From: an uncultured Opitutales bacterium
Lineage (GTDB): Bacteria; Verrucomicrobiota; Verrucomicrobiia; Opitutales; Intestinicryptomonadaceae
DNA: 32,000 bases
Reading direction: 5' to 3'
Assembly (NCBI GenBank): GCA_934613415.1
Contig: CAKTSY010000004.1
Coordinates: 1 to 32,000, forward strand
Below are positions 1 to 7,161 of the stretch, piece after piece (within the stretch, counting starts at the first letter, position 1; each line of letters opens with the position of its first letter). The notes below the pieces were generated by a model. The model saw only the letters and a program-made list of their open reading frames with translations. It was not told the origin of the DNA and made no database searches. The translations under genes and the position numbers were made by a program.

Positions 1-146
1 TTTCAAAAAAATTTTTTGACGGATAAACAATATGCGAGCAGACAGGCAAATCAATCGACGTAGCAAAAAAACGAACATTTATAAGCTACTTTTGAGGCAA
101 GTTTTCGTCAACTATTTTTTCAACAGCAACCAATGAATAATAAATT

Positions 147-746
147 ATGATATACGCATATATTAGAGTTAGCACCGACAAGCAGTCGGTAGAAAATCAA
201 CGCTACGAAATAGAAACTTTCTGTCAAAAAAGAAACTTTACCGTAAAACGGTGGGTTGAAGAAACAATAAGTTCGCGGGTAAGCCTTCAAGAGCGGAAAC
301 TCGGTAAACTATTAAAACGAATAAAACGCGGAGACACGCTAATTGTGTCGGAATTATCGCGCTTGGGCAGAAGTTTGATGGAAATTATGGGAATTTTAAA
401 TACCCTAATGCTGGTGGAGGCAAAACTGATAACCGTAAAAGAGAACTACGAATTGGGCGACAATATAAATTCAAAAGTGCTTGCATTCGCCTTCGGGCTG
501 TCCGCCGAGGTGGAAAGAACGTTGATTTCGGCAAGAACGCGAGAAGCCCTTGCACGCAAGAAAGCCGAAGGCATAAAACTCGGTCGCCCCAAAGGGAAAA
601 ACAACAATGCCCTTAAACTGACGCCCCAAAAGGAATATATCAACGAAATGCTGCACAAAAATATGGCACTTGGGGCAATCGCCAAGCGGCTACAAGTCCA
701 CCGTTCAACGCTAACACGCTTTTTGAAGCGAAAAAGTATGAGGTGA
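147..746 (+). CDS. Serine recombinase (resolvase/DNA-invertase family), apparently intact
   Basis: 199-aa ORF. N-terminal catalytic motif YIRVSTDKQ (nucleophile Ser), a conserved SRLGR block, and a C-terminal helix-turn-helix (GAIAKRLQVHRSTLTRFLKR). Size is typical of small serine recombinases. Confidence 0.9.
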   Translation: MIYAYIRVSTDKQSVENQRYEIETFCQKRNFTVKRWVEETISSRVSLQERKLGKLLKRIKRGDTLIVSELSRLGRSLMEIMGILNTLMLVEAKLITVKENYELGDNINSKVLAFAFGLSAEVERTLISARTREALARKKAEGIKLGRPKGKNNNALKLTPQKEYINEMLHKNMALGAIAKRLQVHRSTLTRFLKRKSMR

Positions 747-810
747 GAATCTGGAGTTAATCTTACAAATCGATATCCCAGCTGATTGTTTTGCGAGGAC
801 GTTCTTCCGG

Positions 811-920
811 TGGTTCTGGAATGGTTGGGGGTATGGACTTGGGGAGATTGGTATTGGTTGGTGGGATTGGAGTGTGGATGTGTTGTTGACGGAGAGGGAG
901 GTTTAGTTGTGGAGTTGAAA
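811..920 (+). other. Extreme GT-rich, C-depleted tract between the recombinase genes
   Basis: Hand count over 811..920 gives 50 G, 37 T, 20 A and only 3 C. Repeated TTGG/ATTGG-like units. G-runs at 827-831, 841-844, 873-875 and 896-898. The opposite strand reads as a Pro/Thr-rich peptide (PIPPTNTNLPKSIPPTIPEPPEE) ending in a stop at 763. Confidence 0.6.
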
Positions 921-1617
921 CTGGGCTAACCCGCAATTCAACAAAGCCCGGGCGATGTTGCACGGGTTGTTTGAATTCGCGCTCCGCCGCGAGTGGTGCG
1001 ACAAGAATCCGATAAAGCGAATAGAACGCCGCAAAGTCATCGAAAGGGAAATCCAGCCGCCGAAACTTTCCGAAACAAAACAGCTTATCAAAACCGCTCA
1101 AAACGAAAGTCCCAAATACGCCATCGTTGCCGCGTTATTAGTCTACACAGGAATCCGCCCGCGCGAAGTCCGCAGACTCACTTGGCGTGACATCGACACC
1201 GAAGAAAAAACAATCACAGTCCGTTCGCAGTGCTCGAAGACAGGCGGCGTACGCCAGGTGGAAATCCCCCCTATTTTAAACAGGCTTTTGCTTGCCAATT
1301 TGCCAAAGTTAAAAGACGGCAAAATCTGCCCGACAGACTGGCAACGCCGCTGGCGCAAAATCCGCGACAATTCGGGCTTTAGCGGCCGCTGGGTTCAAGA
1401 CGTTCTTCGCCATACCTACGCTAGCTTCCACGCCAAGCACTACGCCGATTTGCCGCGCCTGCAGCTTAATATGGGACATAGCGACCTATCCCTCCTTCGC
1501 AGCCGCTACGTCAATATGCACGGCATATCCCGCACCCAGGCAAAAAGCTTTTTCGAAGCCAGCACGGTTTTAGGTTGTGCTAAAAATTGCAAAAAGCAAC
1601 CGAATGTAAACGTTTAA
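919..1617 (+). pseudogene. Tyrosine recombinase/phage-type integrase, 5'-truncated (catalytic domain only)
   Basis: Catalytic-domain motifs are present: TGIRPREVRRLTWRDID (Arg I), VLRHTYASF (box II) and MGHSDLSLLRSRYVN (His and Tyr nucleophile). The frame opens only at 919, after a TGA at 916-918, and the first ATG is at 955. This leaves about 220 aa with no N-terminal core-binding domain. Confidence 0.7.
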
Positions 1618-1623
1618 AAATGT

Positions 1624-2335
1624 CTATTGCGGTTTGCTTTTGCCGCACAAGGCATTGTCTATCCATGTTGTACGCGGCAAAATTGCCCTTACTACAAACC
1701 CAACATAGAACATCGAAAAAAGCGTTCCCGCGCCTATTAAGTCCCAACGCCATTCTCCGAACCCTACATAGCAGCAAACAGTTGCTATAAAAAACAAGCA
1801 GTACATCGAAAACAATTTTTACCTTGCCGAAATCCATATTAAATACTTTCGAAATTGTAATCGGCAAGCCCTCGCCGGGAATCAGCATAACACCGCTGCG
1901 CACTTCGAGCACCACGCCCAGCCCGAGCACCGCGCCGGCTACAAAAAGTTGAACCCAGCGCATTGCATATCCGGTTAGGTCGCTTTGCCAAATAAGAGAT
2001 TTTGTAGCCCACATTCCGAAGTCCGAAAACAGCCCGAATGTCAAACAAACCGCAAGCTGCAAAAATTGTATTTTTTTAAAATCATTTCCCAATAAAGCCC
2101 ACTGAACTATAACAAAGAAAAACTGCATGCAAAAAATATATTCGCCAACGCTAAGCGACGAATTGTCGTATCGGCTTAACACATACGGCGGGCATGTTAT
2201 GGGCGAAGAGCCCAAATTCGCCCTAATTGTCAATGCAACCCACATTCCCAAAACGAACGGGGAAAATACAAACAATATTGTTCGCCTGCTCCATTCTTTA
2301 ATGTGCTGTTTCTTTTCGGATTTTATTTTGTCCAT
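1624..2335 (-). pseudogene. Small multi-pass membrane protein (YczE/DUF6198-like), interrupted by a frameshift in a homopolymer
   Basis: ORF 1580..2335 is hydrophobic and family-like (ANLGSSPITCPPYVLS, IPGEGLPITISK, FGKVKIVFDVLLVF) up to a T6 run on the coding strand (A6 at 1789-1794). After that it becomes non-membrane-like. The overlapping same-strand ORF 1624..1815 continues with plausible TM sequence (FIATVCCYVGFGEWRWDLIGAGTLFSMFYVGFVVR). Removing one T would fuse the two. Confidence 0.65.
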
Positions 2336-2441
2336 AATTTTTAGCGGAAAAGTCTTGCTTGCGGCCTGTAAAAATCAAGAGCCGTTGTCGTACCATTTTT
2401 TGTTGAAAAAAAAATACCAATTTTATAGCACATTCCGACAT

Positions 2442-3236
2442 ATGCAAAAAACGGTATTTTTTAAGACAATAGCGGAATACAACAAATATATGGGGGTTAA
2501 ATATTCGCACCCGAATATAACGCTTGTAGACTACGGCAAACTTCCGCCCATATTATTTTCGGATATAATTAAGGTATACGGATTTTACGTTGTATTTTTG
2601 AAAGGCCAAATGTATACCGCGCTAAAATACGGACTTAATACCTGCGATTGCAGGGAAAACGAACTTGTGTTTGTAGCTCCCAACTAGGCAATGGCGGCAC
2701 TTGCCGACGGCAAATACCACAAAGTCGGAGGCTACGCACTTGCCTTCCATTCCGATTTTGTGGCCGGAACGCAAATGGAACACACAATGCAAAGCTATCC
2801 GTTTTTTTCATACTCCGTAAACAAGGCGCTTGCCGTAAACCGGCGCGAAAAAAACCTGGTTTTACATTCAATAAAAAGCATACAACGCGAACTTAGCAAT
2901 TACGACGAACTAAGCGATTCGATAATATTGGACAACATAAAGCTTATTCTGGACAACTGCAAGCGGTTCTATAACAGACAATTCGACGTAAAAACCCGCG
3001 AAAGCAGGGATATTTTGTCGCGTTTCGAAGAAGCCGTAAACGACTATTTCGACTCTGCCGCAAAAAACGACAAGTCGCAAACAATAATGCAATATTGCGC
3101 AAAAAACTTTCGCTTTCGCCCAGCTATTTAAGCAGCCAAATAAAGGCCAAAACGGGGCTTTTGTATCGCGCCACAAGGTTTGAGGTAATTGTGCCATACG
3201 TTTGAGCATTTTTTGAAAAAACGCGGTATTTTAAAG
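2442..3236 (+). pseudogene. AraC-family transcriptional regulator, multiply disrupted
   Basis: The N-terminal domain resembles AraC regulators (FKTIAEYNKYMGV..., YALAFHSDFVAGT, YPFFSYSVNKAL, NCKRFYNRQF). There is an in-frame TAG at 2685-2687 between two same-frame ORFs. HTH helix LSPSYLSSQIKAKTG is readable only in the -1 frame from 3113, downstream of an A6 run at 3101-3106. The C-terminal signature FEHFLKKRG is back in frame 0 at 3201-3227, only about 35 nt after the first helix, which implies an internal deletion. Confidence 0.75.
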
Positions 3237-3281
3237 CCCCTTTGCAATGTGTTTGCATTATGGTTGCAAGGGGCTTTTTTC
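3233..3281 (+). terminator. Rho-independent terminator-like hairpin
   Basis: aaagcccctttgcaa (3233-3247) pairs with ttgcaaggggcttt (3264-3277) with one bulge, followed by a T-run to 3280. Confidence 0.5.
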
Positions 3282-3292
3282 GACCGGAAACA

Positions 3293-3627
3293 TTAAGTGT
3301 AACTATCGCGCTTGCAGCCCGAATGTGTCAGATACGAAAAACTAAAAGGCTCAATAGATACAATTTGCCCGAGAAATTCGCCGACAATGAAAGTTCTTTT
3401 GTCCCTTAATTTGTCGGGGTCGAACTTGTTGTTGGGAATGAAATGCGAATATGGAAGAATAATCCGCCCGAATGCGTCGATGTAGAAATTGCGCAAACGC
3501 TCGGAAGATGTCTTTTTAGTAAATACGGAAATTCCGCATTGCGCAGATTTATTCTCACAATATCTACAAGCTCGGGGCGCAACGTGTGGAATAGTCCCTC
3601 TCGGATTTGGCAATATTCCGACAGCAA
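3293..3627 (-). pseudogene. Unrecognised gene remnant split over two overlapping frames
   Basis: Two overlapping same-strand ORFs (3293..3613 and 3406..3627) each carry protein-like stretches (REGLFHTLRPELVDIVRINLRNAEFPYLLK; LRNFYIDAFGRIILPYSHFIPNNKFDPDKLRDKRTFIVGEF). Both start at TTG. I do not recognise the family. Confidence 0.3.
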
Positions 3628-3632
3628 AATTT

Positions 3633-5207
3633 TTACTTTGCTTGCCCAGAGCTTTTCACGGGTGCCTTTGTCGTAGATACTATAACCGATGTGTTTTTGC
3701 TGTCGCCCGAATAGTAGGCTAGGTAATGAACGTTGCCGATTTTAGTGGCGTTTACATTGCCAGCATCGTATCCGATTGCGCTCGCAAATGCGATTATTTC
3801 AGGATTTGGCCAATCGAGGGGATTCCCGAAAATCTTGTCGGCTTCAACTACCCTGCGCTTTAACATGCCCCTCTCGCGCTGATAGTAGTAGTTGCTTATA
3901 AGCCCTGTATCCTTGTCGAATATTATGCTAGGAGTCGAGATTAATACATCGGTTATATTTGTTCTTTTCTTGGTCCATGTTTTACCATAGTCTCTCGACT
4001 CTATCTGAAATTGGGCGCGCTGGGTAGATTCTTTTGCGTGTTCTATGCGTGCTACCACAATTATTCTGCCGTTGCCGATATATGCCGCCGCCGGCTCGGT
4101 TGTCCAGCCTATGTTGTCAAGCCCAGACTCTACAGTTTTTTGAACCCACGTTTCTCCGTTATCGGAACTTACAAGCGTCCCCCACGCGTTTCGGGCATTC
4201 TTGCCGTAATTCCCCGTAAACCACAAAGCCATAAGCCCGACATTAGGCACATGGAATATATCGGTAATTTGCATAGGCATTGGGTCGAGCTTCGGGGTTG
4301 AAATGTGCGTAAAATTCACTCCGTCTTTAGTGCGGTAGAGTTTGTGAATGCGGTCTTTGCCTTGAAATCTAATCCACAGCAGCATATTGCCGTTTTTGTC
4401 CAATCCCTTGCCGATGGGAACTTCGCCGTACATCGGGTCTGCCGATACAACATGCGGTTCAGACCACGTTTTCCCGCCATCTTCCGACACGCGCACATAA
4501 GATTCGCGCTTGCCTTCCCCGATATTGTGTGCTTTACCGACACTGTAAACGCATACTAGCTTGTTGCCAAGTGCCTGCATCATCGGCCACGAATTGTATC
4601 CTACTGCCGTCTCAACAGGCATGGGTTTTGGCAGATCCGCAACAGGGGTAATTTTTATTGCGGTGAGTGCCGTGGGATATTCAAATGTATCGGAGCAGTC
4701 TGAAGCCTTGCGCTCGATTCTTATTTTAACCGGCAACCCTGCTTTTGCTTGATAGCACGATTCCAATTCTATTCTTTTGCTCTTAAACGGAGTGCTGGGA
4801 ATTTTTCCTCTTATAAAGGGGCTTTTAATTTTGTTTATTTCCTTTCCCGATGTCGGGTCTATCTGTGAAGACATTACTCTGTAAACATCTTCTTTCGACG
4901 CATCTGCATTTTCGAGCGGAGCCGTCTGAATCTCTATTTTTAGACCTCGGAATCCATCTGGCACTTCTTTTAGTATCGTTTCAACAGACTCGTCAGCCTT
5001 GCCAGATAAAACCCATGCCTGAATGTTCCCAGCATCGTTTTTAATTGTTTTTTTGTAAGGTTTCCCAGACGCTACGGAAATGTTTTGAGGATTTATTTCT
5101 ATTTCGTTCGAAACTTCGTGCTTTGTACATGAAGTATAGCCCCATGTTAGGGCAATGATCGATGCGGATATTATGCCTGCGAATATTTTTGAGTGTTTTT
5201 TCTCCAT
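3633..5207 (-). CDS. BNR/Asp-box repeat protein, sialidase-like beta-propeller, probable lipoprotein
   Basis: Three Asp-box motifs (SEDGGKTWSEP, SSDNGETWV, SRDYGKTWT). N-terminal signal sequence with Cys (IISASIIALTWGYTSC). I prefer the ATG at 5207 over the TTG at 5249. The N-terminal ~190 aa domain is unrecognised. Confidence 0.75.
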   Translation of the reverse strand: MEKKHSKIFAGIISASIIALTWGYTSCTKHEVSNEIEINPQNISVASGKPYKKTIKNDAGNIQAWVLSGKADESVETILKEVPDGFRGLKIEIQTAPLENADASKEDVYRVMSSQIDPTSGKEINKIKSPFIRGKIPSTPFKSKRIELESCYQAKAGLPVKIRIERKASDCSDTFEYPTALTAIKITPVADLPKPMPVETAVGYNSWPMMQALGNKLVCVYSVGKAHNIGEGKRESYVRVSEDGGKTWSEPHVVSADPMYGEVPIGKGLDKNGNMLLWIRFQGKDRIHKLYRTKDGVNFTHISTPKLDPMPMQITDIFHVPNVGLMALWFTGNYGKNARNAWGTLVSSDNGETWVQKTVESGLDNIGWTTEPAAAYIGNGRIIVVARIEHAKESTQRAQFQIESRDYGKTWTKKRTNITDVLISTPSIIFDKDTGLISNYYYQRERGMLKRRVVEADKIFGNPLDWPNPEIIAFASAIGYDAGNVNATKIGNVHYLAYYSGDSKNTSVIVSTTKAPVKSSGQAK

Positions 5208-5776
5208 TATAATATATAGTTTTTGTGGGTTTTTATAGTCTTTATACAACTGACGACAATTACATTATTGACGTAGCTACTCAGTAAAGATTGAGATTTT
5301 GTTCAAATACGCGGATATTGTCAATTCAGAAAATACGTCGGATACCCTGTGAAATCCGCTATTCGCCTTTCATACGAATCGTAACGTGTCAGTTGCACTG
5401 CCTGCACTTGAGCCGCCGAATATGTTTGACTTGCACTTATCGTCCTTTGTATCCTATAACCCTTGAATAGCCGAAAACATCAAAAACGCCGTCGTTCTTT
5501 CCGATTGCCGCTGCGATTCCAAATTCGGCACCGATTACGGAATCGCCATCTGCAACGGAGCTTTGTGCGGAATACTCGCTCGCTCCGTGTTTGTAGTTGA
5601 ACCCGACAGGACAATTTCCTACGCAGCCCTGAGCGGAGAAATCTCGAAAGAGCCCGATTACGATTCACTGATACAATTTCTTCTAAAATAATATGTGTGT
5701 TTTGCGCGGCCCCCAAACCCCATCGGATTCCGATTTTTTCGTTGACATTCGCCCGCCCCAACCGTAGCCTCGGGCT

Positions 5777-6586
5777 GTGAAAACACATATACTTTTTTTC
5801 GCCTCCGCAATTCTCGCGTTGACTATCCCGCTTTTTGCCGAGTCGAAATCCGAAAAATTCGCATCTGACATACCCTACACCGCGCAAACCGACGCCTACG
5901 CCAAAGAGCGTTGCAAACTCGACATCTACGTCCCCAAGGGAAAAATCGCCGCAACCGTCGTCTGGTTTCACGGCGGCGGACTCTCGGGCGGCAATAAGAA
6001 TTTTCCCGACGGGCTGAAAAACTCAGGGCTGATTGTCGTCGCGCCCAACTACCGTCTTTCGCCCAAAATTCCAGCGCATCTCGCAATAGACGACGCCGCC
6101 GAAGCCGTCGCGTGGGTGTTTGCCAACATCGAAAAATACGGCGGCAGCCCCGATAAAATCTTCGTCGGCGGACACTCCGCAGGTGCATATTTAAGCGGAA
6201 TGATTTCCTTCGCGCCCGAATATCTGGCAAAACACAAAATAAAAAATACCAACATAAAAGGCTGCATTCTGCTGAGCGGACAGGCGACAACGCATTTCCG
6301 CGTGCGCAGAGATTTCGGCGACACCGACTCGCAATGGCTGCCGAAAATCGATAAATATTCGCTGCTGGGCAACGCCCACAACAAAATTCCGCCCTGTTGC
6401 CTCATTGTAGGCGACCCCGCCCTCGAATTTCCCGAGCGCGTCGAAGAAAACATTCTTCTTGCAAGCGTTCTAAAAAAACTCAACAGCTCCCCTCAAATCC
6501 GACTTTACCAATTACAGGGGTTGGACCACAGCACCGTTTCAACCGCCATTGCCCCAATCCTAAAAAATTTCGTCCGCCTCTTCTAA
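5777..6586 (+). CDS. Secreted alpha/beta-hydrolase-fold esterase/lipase (HGGG type)
   Basis: Signal peptide MKTHILFFASAILALTIPLFA, oxyanion-hole motif WFHGGGLSGG, nucleophile elbow GGHSAGAYL, late Asp and His (LIVGDPA, GLDHS). GTG start. Confidence 0.8.
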   Translation: MKTHILFFASAILALTIPLFAESKSEKFASDIPYTAQTDAYAKERCKLDIYVPKGKIAATVVWFHGGGLSGGNKNFPDGLKNSGLIVVAPNYRLSPKIPAHLAIDDAAEAVAWVFANIEKYGGSPDKIFVGGHSAGAYLSGMISFAPEYLAKHKIKNTNIKGCILLSGQATTHFRVRRDFGDTDSQWLPKIDKYSLLGNAHNKIPPCCLIVGDPALEFPERVEENILLASVLKKLNSSPQIRLYQLQGLDHSTVSTAIAPILKNFVRLF

Positions 6587-6597
6587 ATATTTTATAA

Positions 6598-6864
6598 GAC
6601 GGGTATCGGCACGGGATTGGCTTTCAGCCGAAGATAACCTACCCATTGCGAAAGCGTGGAGATAGGTTGAAAGCCGAAGAGCGAGAGCGATTGGAGAAGT
6701 TTTTTGAGAACAACCTAGCGATAAAGCTGGCTTACGAATTTAAGGAAAGGTTATGCGAGTTGCTAAACAGAAAACATCAAACGGCAAAGGAATGTATGAG
6801 AAATATAAAGGAACTGAAAGGAATGATGAAACAGATGATTTTCATAAAAAAAGCAAAACCGTAA
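6598..6864 (+). mobile_element. ISL3-family transposase internal fragment (remnant)
   Basis: The open frame from 6598 reads ...LRKRGDRLKAEERERLEKFFENNLAIKLAYEFKERLCELLNRKH... This resembles the region of ISL3 transposases downstream of the DDE core (RWLLLK..L.eeq.erL.elL..n..L..aY.lKE.f). There is no N-terminal part, no DDE domain, and no recognisable inverted repeats. Confidence 0.5.
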
Positions 6865-6877
6865 GGTTTTGCTTTTT
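6846..6877. terminator. Bidirectional hairpin terminator (downstream of tRNA-Ser on the minus strand)
   Basis: Stem gcaaaacc (6853-6860) / ggttttgc (6865-6872) with a GTAA loop. It is flanked by A7 (6846-6852) on one side and T5 (6873-6877) on the other. Confidence 0.6.
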
Positions 6878-6889
6878 GTTCCGTTTACG

Positions 6890-6977
6890 CGGAGAGAGGG
6901 GGATTCGAACCCCCGATAGGCTTTTGACCTATACGCGATTTCCAATCGCGCTCGTTCGACCACTCCGACATCTCTCC
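6890..6977 (-). tRNA. tRNA-Ser (anticodon GGA), class II with long variable arm, no encoded CCA
   Basis: The minus strand reads GGAGAGA-TG-TCG..CGA-..CGCGA-TTGGAAA-TCGCG-(variable arm TATAGGTCAAAAGCCTATC)-GGGGG-TTCGAAT-CCCCC-TCTCTCC-G. All four stems pair, the T-loop is TTCGAAT, and the anticodon loop centre is GGA. Confidence 0.95.
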
Positions 6978-7123
6978 GTTTAGTGGTGAAAATATCCTAA
7001 ACATCATTTATATTTTTAGTTTGCAGTCAATAAAAAATTGTTTCCTTTTTCGGGAATGGGCGCACAAAAACTTTCTTAAAACAAAAGCCTTACCCCCACT
7101 CATTTTGCGACTTTTATTTTTTC

Positions 7124-7154
7124 AACAAAAAAGCGGCAAAACCTTGTTTGCCGC
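7124..7154 (-). terminator. Rho-independent terminator after the PPIase gene
   Basis: Stem gcggcaaa (7133-7140) / tttgccgc (7147-7154). An A-run on the plus strand at 7126-7132 gives the T-run on the minus strand. Confidence 0.6.
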
Positions 7155-7161
7155 AAATTGT

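Noticed and set aside
55-64. Shared 8-9-mer gacgtagc at 55-62 and 5273-5281, considered as possible element-end repeats
   Set aside because: An 8-mer match is expected about once by chance in this window, and the flanks do not extend the match.
884-905. Possible att-like direct repeat of the tRNA-Ser 3' end (cggagag...ggagg versus cggagagaggggga at 6890-6903)
   Set aside because: Only about 7 contiguous matches, in G-rich low-complexity sequence. This is within chance expectation for a 32-kb window.
763-1101. 112-aa minus-strand ORF spanning the GT-rich tract and the integrase 5' end
   Set aside because: Its upstream two-thirds is antisense to clear integrase sequence. Only the Pro/Thr-rich tail (763-~920) could be a genuine coding remnant, and that is discussed as a finding rather than called as a gene.
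2127-2441. N-terminal 105 codons of ORF 2127..2687
   Set aside because: This part is antisense to the membrane-protein gene. AraC-like sequence begins only at the ATG at 2442, so the ORF was trimmed.
5480-5971. 163-aa minus-strand ORF overlapping the esterase start
   Set aside because: The translation is Arg/Gly-rich and low-complexity, and it is antisense to the esterase signal peptide. A different frame of the same strand looks more like a remnant (reported separately at low interest).
6763-6983. ORFs on both strands overlapping the tRNA-Ser gene
   Set aside because: They are fully explained by the tRNA and its terminator.
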